NCBI GenBank assembly: GCA_949498175.1
Contig: CATDDF010000041.1
Span: 1,690-65,689, forward strand
Direction: 5' to 3'
DNA: 64,000 nt
Origin: Alphaproteobacteria bacterium
GTDB lineage: Bacteria > Pseudomonadota > Alphaproteobacteria > RS24
The notes beneath the pieces were generated by a model. That model was given only the letters and a program-made list of their open reading frames with translations. It had not been told where the DNA came from and made no database searches. Every line of letters begins with the position of its first letter. The stretch's first letter is position 1. This document shows, piece by piece, positions 29,309-38,879 of the stretch. The position numbers were made by a program, and so were the translations under genes.

Positions 29309-31831
29309 ATGATGAATTTGGATTTTGCAACGACTTCACTATTGGCGAATATGATGCTCAATGAGGCGCCGCCAATGCACACATTGAGCGCGGAAGAAGC
29401 GCGTCTGGTCTTTTCTGAAATTTATCGTTCCATGCCGCCGGGGCCGGAATCCGTATCATCTGAAGATGTAAATATTGCCGTTGAGGGCGGCGAGATTCGT
29501 GGTCGTGTGCTGACCCCGCAAGGTGAGGCGCAATCGGTAATGGTTTATTATCATGGCGGCGGCTGGGTCATCGGTAATATTGACGATTATGATTTGGTCG
29601 GTCGCCATTTGGCGGAAAAATGTAAATCCATTGTCGTCATGGTCGATTATCGCAAAAGCCCTGAGCATAAATATCCGGTGCCGATGCAAGATTGCTATGC
29701 GGCGCTTAATTGGGTTGACGCCAATCGAAAGAATATCGGGGCCGAAAACCTGCCCCTGATTGTTGCAGGCGACAGTGCCGGTGGTAATTTATCGGCCGTT
29801 ATGGCGCAAAAAACCGTGGCCGAAAACGGCCCGAAAATCGATCTGCAAATCTTGATCTATCCGGTGACGGACGGGCGCATGCAGAGCGAAAGTTTCACTG
29901 CCGAAGATAAGCAGCTCTTCTTGAATGCCGAGCTCATGACGTATTTTTGGCAGCATTATGCCGATGACAAACAGCGTCTTGAAGCTAGCGCCTCACCGCT
30001 TTTGACCGAAGATATGAGCGGCGTGGCACCGGCCATTGTGCTGACTGCCGAGTTTGACATTTTGGTCGATGAAGGCAAAGCCTATGCCGACAAGCTGGCG
30101 GCCGCCGATAAGCTGGTCGCCTATAAATGCTTTGCCCAGCAAATGCACGGCTTCTTTGCCATGCCTGACGCTTTGCCGGTCGGCTTTGAAGCGATGGATT
30201 GGGTGGCGCGCGAAATTGACGGCCACTTAAATCCGGCCGAGACGGTCGATGCGGTGGTGGTCGGGGCCGGTTTTTCGGGCATGTATCAGCTGCACAAATT
30301 GCGCGATATGGGGCTGTCGGTGAAAGTGTTTGAAGCCGGCGAAGATGTCGGCGGCACTTGGTATTGGAACCGCTATCCGGGCGCGCGCGTCGATATTGAA
30401 AGCATGGCCTATTCTTTTTCATTCTCAAAAGAGCTGGAGCAAGATTGGGTATGGTCAGAAAAATATTCGCCCCAACCCGAATTATTGCGTTATGCGCAAC
30501 ATGTGGCCGAGCGCTTTGATCTGAAGCGCGACATTTCTTTCAATACGCGCGTCGCCAGCGCCCATTTTGACGAGGATAATGACCAATGGCTGGTCACCAC
30601 TGAGTGTGGTCGGCGCGTGCGCGCGCGCTATTTGGTGATGGCGACCGGCGTTTTGTCAGCCGCCAAAACGCCTGATATTGCGGGGCGCGACAGCTTTAAG
30701 GGCGAGACTTATCAAACCGGCCTATGGCCGAAAGAAGGGGTTGATTTCACCGGCAAGCGGGTCGCCATTATCGGCACAGGCTCATCGGCCGTGCAATCGA
30801 TACCGCTCATTGCCGAAGAGGCTGACGAGCTGGTGGTTTATCAGCGCACCGCCGCTTATTCGACACCGGCTTTTAACCGCCCGTTGACCAATTCGGAAAT
30901 CGACACGATGAAGGGCAATTATGACCAATATCGCCAAGAGCAAAGGCTCAGCCCGGCCGGTATCATCAATCCCGAGCGGCAATTGGAGCGGGTGATGGAT
31001 GTGCCGAAGGAAGAGCGCCAAAGGCGTTTTGAAGAGGCTTGGGATGAAGGCTTGTTGACCGGTCTGATGTCAACATTCTCAGACATTCAGCTGGATGAAG
31101 AAGCCAATCATGAGGTTGCCGAATTTATTCGCGACCGCATTCGCAATACGGTACAGGACCAGCAAACGGCTGATGATTTGACGCCGAAAGCCTATCCTTA
31201 TGCGACCAAGCGACCGTGTATCGATACCAATTATTACGAGACTTATAACCGCGAAAATGTCTCTTTGGTCAATTTGCGGCGCACGCCGATTGAAACCATT
31301 ACCGAAAACGGCATTGAAACCAGCGACGGCGCGCGCGAATTTGACGCCATTGTCTATGCTACCGGCTTTGATGCCATGACCGGTCCGCTTTTACGCGTCG
31401 ATATTCGAGGCCGCGGCGGCAAGCGTCTGGTAGATGCCTGGATTGACGGGCCGCGCAGTTATTTGGGCATTGCCATTCACGGCTTCCCCAATCTGTTCAC
31501 CATTACCGGCCCGTCCAGCCCCTCGGTTCTGTCCAATATGCTGGTCTCTATCGAGCAGCATGTCGATTGGGTGTCGGATTGCATTGCTTGGATGAATGAG
31601 AACGGCAAAACCGCCATTGAGCCGTCCGATGCGGCCGAGCGCGATTGGGCCGAGCATACGGCGCATTTGGCCGGTATGACGCTGTTTCCGCAAGCCGATA
31701 GCTGGTATATGGGGGCCAATGTGCCGGGCAAGCCGCGCATGTTCCTCGCCTATGTTGGCGGGGTCGGGGCCTATCGCTTGATTTGTGACCAGATTGCCGC
31801 GACCGGCTATCACGGGTTTGACGTCCAGTAA
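29309..31831 (+). CDS. Fusion: N-terminal HSL-family esterase plus C-terminal type I Baeyer-Villiger monooxygenase
   Basis: Esterase HGGGW, GDSAGG, EFDIL and MHGFF; BVMO GAGFSG, GGTWYWNRYPGARVD, FKGETYQTGLWP, GTGSSA, KRPCID and SWYMGANVPGK, all in one 840-aa frame. Confidence 0.92.
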   Translation: MMNLDFATTSLLANMMLNEAPPMHTLSAEEARLVFSEIYRSMPPGPESVSSEDVNIAVEGGEIRGRVLTPQGEAQSVMVYYHGGGWVIGNIDDYDLVGRHLAEKCKSIVVMVDYRKSPEHKYPVPMQDCYAALNWVDANRKNIGAENLPLIVAGDSAGGNLSAVMAQKTVAENGPKIDLQILIYPVTDGRMQSESFTAEDKQLFLNAELMTYFWQHYADDKQRLEASASPLLTEDMSGVAPAIVLTAEFDILVDEGKAYADKLAAADKLVAYKCFAQQMHGFFAMPDALPVGFEAMDWVAREIDGHLNPAETVDAVVVGAGFSGMYQLHKLRDMGLSVKVFEAGEDVGGTWYWNRYPGARVDIESMAYSFSFSKELEQDWVWSEKYSPQPELLRYAQHVAERFDLKRDISFNTRVASAHFDEDNDQWLVTTECGRRVRARYLVMATGVLSAAKTPDIAGRDSFKGETYQTGLWPKEGVDFTGKRVAIIGTGSSAVQSIPLIAEEADELVVYQRTAAYSTPAFNRPLTNSEIDTMKGNYDQYRQEQRLSPAGIINPERQLERVMDVPKEERQRRFEEAWDEGLLTGLMSTFSDIQLDEEANHEVAEFIRDRIRNTVQDQQTADDLTPKAYPYATKRPCIDTNYYETYNRENVSLVNLRRTPIETITENGIETSDGAREFDAIVYATGFDAMTGPLLRVDIRGRGGKRLVDAWIDGPRSYLGIAIHGFPNLFTITGPSSPSVLSNMLVSIEQHVDWVSDCIAWMNENGKTAIEPSDAAERDWAEHTAHLAGMTLFPQADSWYMGANVPGKPRMFLAYVGGVGAYRLICDQIAATGYHGFDVQ

Positions 31832-31839
31832 ATTACCGG

Positions 31840-32214
31840 TCAGCTTTTGACCGGCCCACCCGCTTCGGCCCATTCGCTGAAGCCGCCAATATTGACGACA
31901 TTGTCAAAGCCCATATCTTTCATGGTCTTGCCGGCAAGGGCGGCCATGCCGCCGGCCCCGCAGACCAGATAAAAGGTCTTGGCTTTGTCGAAAATCGGAT
32001 TGAACATCGGGCTGTCTTCATCGGCGACAAATTCAAAGAGGCCGCGTGGAATATGATGCGCGCCGTCAATCGTGCCGCTTTCGGCAATCATATATTGGTC
32101 ACGCACATCGATAAAAACCGCGTCCTTATCGCCGATATGAGCGAGTGCCTCTTGGCCGCTTATGCGCGGCACCACCGCATTTGCTTCTTCCATATAATCC
32201 ATCATTTTTTTCAT
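31840..32214 (-). CDS. Single-domain rhodanese-like protein
   Basis: IDVRD, GAHHIPRG and active-site loop VCGAGG. Start set at MKKMMDY. Confidence 0.85.
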   Translation of the reverse strand: MKKMMDYMEEANAVVPRISGQEALAHIGDKDAVFIDVRDQYMIAESGTIDGAHHIPRGLFEFVADEDSPMFNPIFDKAKTFYLVCGAGGMAALAGKTMKDMGFDNVVNIGGFSEWAEAGGPVKS

Positions 32215-32335
32215 CGCTTCATCCTCCCAAATGTCGCTTATTATACCCCAGTGCGTCAGTATTGTCGCACCTTTGCGGCATATGCTTGGCAAGTCGCACG
32301 CTTTATCCCATAGTAATGGGTAAAGGGAGATTCTC

Positions 32336-33571
32336 ATGTCCGATAGCGAAATGCATTATGATGAGCAAGATTTAACCGCTTTTTCGGAAACGGCGACGGC
32401 TTGGTTCGCCGAAAACACGCCGCGCGATGTTGATTTCATGCTGCCATTGACCTTTATGGAAGTCGGCACGGATCAGCAGTTTAATTTCTTGCGCGACTGG
32501 CAAAATAAAGTTTATGAGGCGGGTTATTTGGGTGCGCATTGGCCGAAAGAATATGGTGGCGGCGGCTTGCATCCGAAGTTCCAAGACGCTGCAACGCGCG
32601 CCATGGCGCAGGCGCGCACGCCGATTATGCTCAATGCCATCGGTTTGAATTGGACCGGCCCGCTATTGCTGGATCGTGGCTCTGAGGAAGAAAAGCAAAA
32701 ATATATTAACGGTATTTTATCGGCCGAGACGATTTGGTGTCAGGGCTTTTCGGAGCCGGAAAACGGCTCTGATTTGGGTAATGCGCAAACCCGCGCCGTG
32801 AAAGATGGTGATGATTATGTCATTAACGGCTCAAAAATTTGGACGACGCAGGGCAATTATGCCGATTATATGATTTTGCTGGCACGCACCAATCCTGACG
32901 CTGAAAACAAATATAAGGGGCTGAGCTTTTTCCTCGCACCGATGAAGGGTGCCGATGTGAAAGGGGGCAGTGTTGAAACCGTGCCGATTAAAAAATTGAC
33001 CGGCGAATACGGCTTCACGCAAACCTTTTTCACCGATGCCCGCATTTCCGCCGATTGCTTGATGGGGGCGGAAGGTGAGGGCTGGCTGATTGCCATGCAG
33101 ACGCTGGAATATGAACGCGGCGCGCGCGCCGGTCAGGCCGGTGGCCATGTTATGATGATGTCAGACCCGAGCGATATTATCCGCCTGGCGCGCGAGGCCA
33201 AGCTTAATGGTAAACCGGCCATTGACGATCCGGCTGTGCAGGAAGAATTGGTGGCGCTGATGACCGAGGCGCGCGCTTTGGGGCTGAACAGCCGCCGCGA
33301 CAAAATTCGTCCGCTGGCGCAAGACCGTCCCATGTCGCTGGCGCTCGGCTCGAAATTGGCGAGCACGGATTTTTACCAACGTCTCAACGCTTTCGCCATC
33401 ACCTTGCAGGGCACAAGGGCGGCTTATTATGTCGGCGATGGCAGCGCCCATGATAATGGCTTGTGGCAGCGCGGCTATTTGAACAGTTTTTCCGCGACCA
33501 TTGGCGGTGGCACATCGCAAATTCAGCGCAATATTATCGGCGAGCATGTGCTCGGCCTGCCGAAAAGCTGA
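32336..33571 (+). CDS. Acyl-CoA dehydrogenase (catalytic-type subunit)
   Basis: WPKEYGG, WCQGFSEP..GSD, NGSKIWT, TLEYER and TIGGGTSQIQRNIIGE. Confidence 0.93.
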   Translation: MSDSEMHYDEQDLTAFSETATAWFAENTPRDVDFMLPLTFMEVGTDQQFNFLRDWQNKVYEAGYLGAHWPKEYGGGGLHPKFQDAATRAMAQARTPIMLNAIGLNWTGPLLLDRGSEEEKQKYINGILSAETIWCQGFSEPENGSDLGNAQTRAVKDGDDYVINGSKIWTTQGNYADYMILLARTNPDAENKYKGLSFFLAPMKGADVKGGSVETVPIKKLTGEYGFTQTFFTDARISADCLMGAEGEGWLIAMQTLEYERGARAGQAGGHVMMMSDPSDIIRLAREAKLNGKPAIDDPAVQEELVALMTEARALGLNSRRDKIRPLAQDRPMSLALGSKLASTDFYQRLNAFAITLQGTRAAYYVGDGSAHDNGLWQRGYLNSFSATIGGGTSQIQRNIIGEHVLGLPKS

Positions 33572-33601
33572 TAGGCCTCACCTCAGACAGGAGACTACCC
33601 C

Positions 33602-34738
33602 ATGTCCGCATTTGATAATGCCCGAATTGCGCCGCGCATCGGCCTGAGCGAAGAACAGGCACAGCTTTTGAATATTGCCGAAAGTTTTTGCCGCGATAAA
33701 TCGCCTGTCGATAAAGTGCGCGTCCTGATTGACGACGAAGACGGCTTTGACGCCGCTTTATGGGACGAGATTGCCGAATTGGGTTGGCTCGGCATTGGTG
33801 TGCCGGAAAATTATGGCGGCATTGGCTTGGGCATGGCTGAGCTTGTGCCGCTGGTTGAACATATGGGGCGCAGTTTAATGAACACGCCCTTTGTGCCGAC
33901 TGTCTTGGCCGCGCAGGCTGTGCTGCGCGGCGGCGCGGAAGCGCAAAAAGAAGAATATTTACCGCAAATTGCGGCCGGGGCAGCGGCCAGCTTGGCGCTT
34001 TGCGAAGACCATGCAGATTGGAATTTGCAAAATCTCGGCGTCACGGCAACATTGAAAGACGGCGCGCTTGATTTGAGCGGCAAAAAATATCTCGTTTTGC
34101 ACGCCGCCACGGCGCAATTGGTGCTCGCTTCGGTTGCTTTGGACGGGCAACCCGCTTTGGTCATTATCCCGGCCGACGCCTTGGCCGGGCGCATCACGCG
34201 CGAAAAAATCATCGATGACACGCAGCGCGCATTTGCGCTTGATTTGGATGGGCTCACCCTGCCCGAAGCGGCGCTCATGCCGGTCGAATTGGCGGTTGAA
34301 GCATTGGCCCATATTGAGCAAGCGGGTGCGCTTTTATGGGCGGCCGATATGTGCGGCGGGGCTTATGCGTGCATTGATTACACGCTTGATTATCTCAAAA
34401 CCCGTAAGCAATTCGGTAAGCTCATCGGCTCTTATCAGGCGCTGAAACATTCGATTGTTGACGCGCATCAGGCCTATGAAAAAGCCCGCTCGCATCTTTA
34501 TTCCGCGGCCCATGTGTTTGGCGAGCAGGGCGAGGGCGATATGGCGGTGCATATGGCAAAAGCCGAAGCGGGCGAGGCTTATTCCTTTGCTGCCGACCGC
34601 GCCATTCAATTTCATGGCGGGTTCGGTTTTACCTATGATTGCGATGCCCAACTTTATCGCCGCCGCGCCATTATGGGCTGTGCGCTGTTTGGCGATGCGC
34701 GCTATCACCGGCGCAAAATTGCCGCTTTGATGTTCTGA
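33602..34738 (+). CDS. Acyl-CoA dehydrogenase (partner subunit)
   Basis: RKQFGKLIGSYQALKH and QFHGGFGFT; degenerate FAD-binding N-terminal region, typical of the second gene of an alpha2beta2 pair. Confidence 0.88.
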   Translation: MSAFDNARIAPRIGLSEEQAQLLNIAESFCRDKSPVDKVRVLIDDEDGFDAALWDEIAELGWLGIGVPENYGGIGLGMAELVPLVEHMGRSLMNTPFVPTVLAAQAVLRGGAEAQKEEYLPQIAAGAAASLALCEDHADWNLQNLGVTATLKDGALDLSGKKYLVLHAATAQLVLASVALDGQPALVIIPADALAGRITREKIIDDTQRAFALDLDGLTLPEAALMPVELAVEALAHIEQAGALLWAADMCGGAYACIDYTLDYLKTRKQFGKLIGSYQALKHSIVDAHQAYEKARSHLYSAAHVFGEQGEGDMAVHMAKAEAGEAYSFAADRAIQFHGGFGFTYDCDAQLYRRRAIMGCALFGDARYHRRKIAALMF

Positions 34739-34740
34739 AA

Positions 34741-35298
34741 CTAGAAAGAAAAGCGTTTTACATATTTTATCTGCACGGCCGGTAAGGCAAAGGCGCCGCG
34801 ACGGTCTTCATCATAGCGCCGATAATCGGTCCACGCCAAACCGGTGCCGCAATGATATTGCCGCCGAAACCCGTCATAACATGGCTGTTCGCTAATTTTT
34901 CCGCCCACAAGCAGCACATTATCGACGCGCAGTGAGATCATGGTCTTCGGGGCGAGCGCAATGGCCGCGCCAAAGCCGAGGCTCAAAAGCGGCTCAGCTT
35001 GGTAAAGCCGCGCCTGATAGCCGCCATCCATCGCAATCGGCAACAGCCAGTTAATCTGTTTGCCCCCCGTTTTGGTAAATATGGCGCGGGCCGAGAAAGT
35101 CGGTTTGTTGGTCTGGTAAAAACCCGACACATCATAAAGCTGCCCGTTCAGGCCGGTAAATTTGCCCTGCCAAACCTTCGAACCGGTATGGCGGCTTTCC
35201 GCCTGCAAGCTCAAAAGCCGCCAAATATTGCCGCTTTCAGCGTGCACAGGCAGCGCGCTGAGGAGCCACATCATCAAAAAAGAACATATCCACCGCAT
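34741..35298 (-). CDS. Hypothetical exported protein, possible small outer-membrane beta-barrel
   Basis: Signal peptide (…LPVHA|ES), amphipathic-looking strands, one Cys pair, C-terminal YVKRFSF. Confidence 0.55.
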   Translation of the reverse strand: MRWICSFLMMWLLSALPVHAESGNIWRLLSLQAESRHTGSKVWQGKFTGLNGQLYDVSGFYQTNKPTFSARAIFTKTGGKQINWLLPIAMDGGYQARLYQAEPLLSLGFGAAIALAPKTMISLRVDNVLLVGGKISEQPCYDGFRRQYHCGTGLAWTDYRRYDEDRRGAFALPAVQIKYVKRFSF

Positions 35299-35301
35299 TT
35301 G

Positions 35302-36477
35302 CTATTCCGCCGTCAATTGCCCCTGCGGGCTCAATGCATTGCTGAGGTCAAGCTTGCCGCGACCGAATATTGCATCCGTGCCGGGGTCGCCAATATCTTC
35401 GGCGGTCGATAACAGCAATTCTTTTAACTGAAAGCCGCTCAGCCCCGGGAATTTATGGCGAATGAGCGCAGCCGCACCCGACACGCGCGGTGCGGCAAAA
35501 GAAGTGCCTGCCATGTCGCCCGATGAAAGGACATCATCATGCGCGACAATAAAATCTTCGCCCATATCGCCCGCCGAATGGCTGTAATCAGCCAATGCCG
35601 TGCCGTCATCGGTCAGCGAGCCGACCCATATATAGGCCTCACTATCTTCAACGCCCAATGCCCGCTGGCGGTGCACGACGGCGGGATAGAAGGAACATTC
35701 TTGAATCCGTTTATCGGGGCAATAAGTGCCGGAATTACCGGCAGAGAAGACAAATAACATTTTCTCATCATATATGTTAGTGCCGGTAATTTTATAGCGC
35801 AGCGACACCCAATTGCTGACATTGGCGTCGAAATTCGTGTCTTCTTCGCCGGTTAGATGGCTGAAACGCGCCGAGCCCCAACTATTATTGATGATATGCA
35901 CATCTTGGGCGTTAAGATTTTGAAACGCATCTTCCGCCGCTTGCTGGGTCAGGGTGAAATTATAAGTCGTCAATTGCGCTTCCGGGGCAACAGAATTGAT
36001 GACCAGCGATACTTTATCGCCATGCGTGTCCAATATTTCATTGCTGTTGAACTCATCGAGCACGCCGACTTTCACATCCTTGCCGGTCCAGCCCGATTGC
36101 CATTGGCTGCGGGCATTGGTGTCGCGCGTGGCAATCGGAACCGTGAAATTGGGGTTTTCTGCCGCATGGGCATCCAAAAGGCTGTCAAATGTGCCATAGG
36201 CCCAATTTGCTTTTTCACCCAAAAACAGCCCGGCAATGGCATTGTCTTCGCTCGATGGTGTGCCAAGATAAAAATCGTCGCCAAATTCATCAGTGTAATC
36301 TTCGCCGTCATCACCATTGCCGCCGGAGCCGCCACTGCCCCCCGAACCGCCGCCTATGCTTGCGGTTTCAATGGTTTCCACATCTTGCGTAAATTTCTTG
36401 CACCCGCTCGTGGCAAGTGTGGCCGCCAGAACCAGCAGCAGACAGACATAACGCAAATTGGCCGAACGAATGACCAT
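35302..36477 (-). CDS. S8 (subtilisin-like) serine protease, predicted lipoprotein
   Basis: Lipobox-like LATSGC, G/S/D linker, catalytic D (GVLDE), H (THG), oxyanion SAGN and S (GTSFAAPRV). Confidence 0.87.
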   Translation of the reverse strand: MVIRSANLRYVCLLLVLAATLATSGCKKFTQDVETIETASIGGGSGGSGGSGGNGDDGEDYTDEFGDDFYLGTPSSEDNAIAGLFLGEKANWAYGTFDSLLDAHAAENPNFTVPIATRDTNARSQWQSGWTGKDVKVGVLDEFNSNEILDTHGDKVSLVINSVAPEAQLTTYNFTLTQQAAEDAFQNLNAQDVHIINNSWGSARFSHLTGEEDTNFDANVSNWVSLRYKITGTNIYDEKMLFVFSAGNSGTYCPDKRIQECSFYPAVVHRQRALGVEDSEAYIWVGSLTDDGTALADYSHSAGDMGEDFIVAHDDVLSSGDMAGTSFAAPRVSGAAALIRHKFPGLSGFQLKELLLSTAEDIGDPGTDAIFGRGKLDLSNALSPQGQLTAE

Positions 36478-36579
36478 TTTTTTCAACACACCACGCAACA
36501 CATACACACAATGGATTATCGCGTGATTTGATGCTATTCGACAAGGCGATGAATCGCCTCATAGCGGATCTGTTGCAAA

Positions 36580-37635
36580 ATGAACGAGCTGAAACAAAGA
36601 TTTAACAATATGGCGGCGCTGGTTGATGAAGCCAGCCTGCTGCTGGATAGCAAGAGCAATGTGGTGTTCGCCAATGACCAAGCATTGGCGCTTTTGGGTG
36701 CGCATATTGTCGGCTATCCGATTGATCGGTTCTTGCGCCATCCCGATTTTGCCCAAGCCTTGCGTCTGGCGCATGAGGAAGCACGCATGAGTTCGCTTGA
36801 TTATACATTAATGGATCAAGTGCGCCGTGCTTTCACTCTACGCTTGGCACAATTTGATTCCGACCATGTGCTGCTGGTCATTTTTGACGGCACAATGAGC
36901 GTGTCGGTCGACCGCATTCGCTCTGATTTTGTTGCCAATGTGAGCCATGAATTGCGCTCGCCGCTGACCGCACTTTTGGGATTCATCGAAACCTTGCAAG
37001 ATGGTGCGATAGATGAAGGCGATAGTCGCGATCATTTTTTGGCTATTATGCAGGCCGAGGCAGGGCGCATGCAGCGTTTGATTGATGATTTGTTGTCGCT
37101 GTCGCGCGTCGAAGCCGAAGAGCACCGTCCTCCCGATGATGATGTTGCCCTCATGCCTTTGCTGGAAGAACTGGCCTCGGCCATGCGCGATGAGGCGGCC
37201 AGACAGGGCAAAATACTGACAATCAACGTGGCCGATGATTTGTCCGATTCTGATTTACGTGTCTGCGGCGCGCGCGATGAATTGCGTCAAGTATTTCAAA
37301 ATTTGGTCGAAAACGCCATTCGCTATGGTTCGACGGAAAGCGAAATTAAATTGCTGGTCAGTATCGGTCGCTTGGCATCCGGTCAAAGCCGCAAAAATTT
37401 GCTGCGTGTGCAGATCATCAATCAGGGCGAAACCATTGCCCCGGAACATTTGGCACGGCTCACTGAACGTTTTTACCGAATCGATAAAGGGCGGTCGCGA
37501 CAAATAGGCGGTACCGGGCTCGGATTGGCCATTGTGAAGCATATTGTCAACCGCCATCGCGGGCGCTTGCGTATTTCCAGCGAGGCCGGGCAGACCACGG
37601 CTTCCGTCACTTTGCCGCGTTTTTCTGACAGCTGA
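36580..37635 (+). CDS. phoR: Phosphate regulon sensor kinase
   Basis: PAS-like N-terminus, RSDFVANVSHELRSPLT, N box and ERFYRIDKGRSR..GGTGLGLAIVKH; heads the pst operon. Confidence 0.9.
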   Translation: MNELKQRFNNMAALVDEASLLLDSKSNVVFANDQALALLGAHIVGYPIDRFLRHPDFAQALRLAHEEARMSSLDYTLMDQVRRAFTLRLAQFDSDHVLLVIFDGTMSVSVDRIRSDFVANVSHELRSPLTALLGFIETLQDGAIDEGDSRDHFLAIMQAEAGRMQRLIDDLLSLSRVEAEEHRPPDDDVALMPLLEELASAMRDEAARQGKILTINVADDLSDSDLRVCGARDELRQVFQNLVENAIRYGSTESEIKLLVSIGRLASGQSRKNLLRVQIINQGETIAPEHLARLTERFYRIDKGRSRQIGGTGLGLAIVKHIVNRHRGRLRISSEAGQTTASVTLPRFSDS

Positions 37636-37663
37636 GTCTTTCTTCCACAGGCAGAAAAAAGCG

Positions 37664-37692
37664 GTGTCACAAAACTGTAACATTTCTGACAC
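37664..37692 (+). promoter_or_regulatory. Triple Pho box upstream of pstS
   Basis: GTGTCAC-AAAA-CTGTAAC-ATTT-CTGACAC: three CTGTCAT-like heptamers at 11-bp period. Confidence 0.85.
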
Positions 37693-37769
37693 AAAGTTTT
37701 CGCCACGCGAAGCGAATTTGCTGCCACCGGTGTCACAAGGCCATCGGCATCAAGTAATTGGAGATGATG

Positions 37770-38819
37770 ATGAACAAGTTCAAACTGGCAATGGCGGCTC
37801 TTATTGGCGCAGCCATGACAAGCGGCGTGCAAGCCCGCGATCAAATTGAAATTGTGGGTTCGTCGACCGTGTTTCCCTTCGCCACAGCCGTGGCTGAGCA
37901 GTTCGGCCGAACCTCTAAATTTAAAACACCGGTGATTGAATCGACCGGCTCAGGCGGCGGCATGAAATTATTTTGCGCCGGTATCGGCTTGGAGCATCCC
38001 GACGTGACCAATGCCTCGCGCCGCATTAAGGAAAAAGAATTCAAAAAATGCCAAGCCAATGGCATTGATTTGACCGAGATTGTTATCGGCTTTGACGGCA
38101 TTGTGCTGGCCAATGCAAAAGGCGCACCGCAATTGGAACTGACGCGCCAGCAAATTTATCTGGCGACGGCCAAAATGGTGCCGGATCCGAACAGGCCGTG
38201 CCAGTCAAATTGGTGCGAGCCGGTGAAGAACCCGTATCAAAAATGGAGCGATATTGACGCTTCCTTGCCCAATGCCAAAATTGAAATTCTCGGCCCTCCG
38301 CCGACTTCGGGCACACGCGATGCATTTCAGGAATTGGCCATGTCAAAAGGCGCCAATGCTTTCCCGCATATGAAAAAGCTGAAAAAATCAGATAAGAAAA
38401 TGTGGAAAAAATTGACCCGCACGGTGCGCGAAGACGGTGCGTGGATCGATGCCGGTGAGAATGACAATTTGATGGTTTCGAAATTGGCGGCCAATCCGAA
38501 AGCCGTGGGTGTTTTCGGTTACAGCTTCCTTGACCAAAATTCGGATAAGATCAAAGGGGCGATTGTTGAAGGCATCCAGCCGACTTTCGAGAATATCGCG
38601 GAAGGAAAATATCGCATTTCCCGCTCGCTTTATTTCTACATTAAGCATGCCCATGTCGGGACCGTGCCCGGCATTCTTGAATATGTCGCTGAATTTACCA
38701 GCGAAAAAGCCTTTGGTGAGGACGGCTATCTGCTCGATAAGGGTCTGATTCCGCTGCCGTCATCAGAGCGTCAAAAATATCGCAAAGATGGAAAGAATCT
38801 GACCAAATTGGCGATGTAA
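37770..38819 (+). CDS. pstS: Phosphate ABC transporter substrate-binding protein
   Basis: Signal peptide, IVGSSTVFPF, ESTGSGGG, NASRRIK, GPPPTSGTRD and YRISRSLYFY. Confidence 0.95.
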   Translation: MNKFKLAMAALIGAAMTSGVQARDQIEIVGSSTVFPFATAVAEQFGRTSKFKTPVIESTGSGGGMKLFCAGIGLEHPDVTNASRRIKEKEFKKCQANGIDLTEIVIGFDGIVLANAKGAPQLELTRQQIYLATAKMVPDPNRPCQSNWCEPVKNPYQKWSDIDASLPNAKIEILGPPPTSGTRDAFQELAMSKGANAFPHMKKLKKSDKKMWKKLTRTVREDGAWIDAGENDNLMVSKLAANPKAVGVFGYSFLDQNSDKIKGAIVEGIQPTFENIAEGKYRISRSLYFYIKHAHVGTVPGILEYVAEFTSEKAFGEDGYLLDKGLIPLPSSERQKYRKDGKNLTKLAM

Positions 38820-38827
38820 ATTCATCC

Positions 38828-38867
38828 ATGAGCCGGCTTTGGATTGGCCGAGGCCGGCTCATTTTTT
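38828..38867 (+). terminator. Stem-loop with T tract between pstS and pstC (partial terminator/stabiliser)
   Basis: ATGAGCCGGC / GCCGGCTCAT 10-bp stem followed by TTTTT. Confidence 0.65.
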
Positions 38868-38879
38868 AAAGGCCCATTT

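Noticed and set aside
31836-31854. Hairpin CCGGTCA/TGACCGG at the convergent BVMO/rhodanese junction as a bidirectional terminator
   Set aside because: It overlaps the rhodanese stop codon and lacks clear U tracts.
35299-35304. Possible amber read-through fusing the subtilase to the downstream ORF (TAG CAA ATG, in frame)
   Set aside because: In-frame spacing has a 1-in-3 chance, the second ORF has its own signal peptide, and no recoding machinery is visible.
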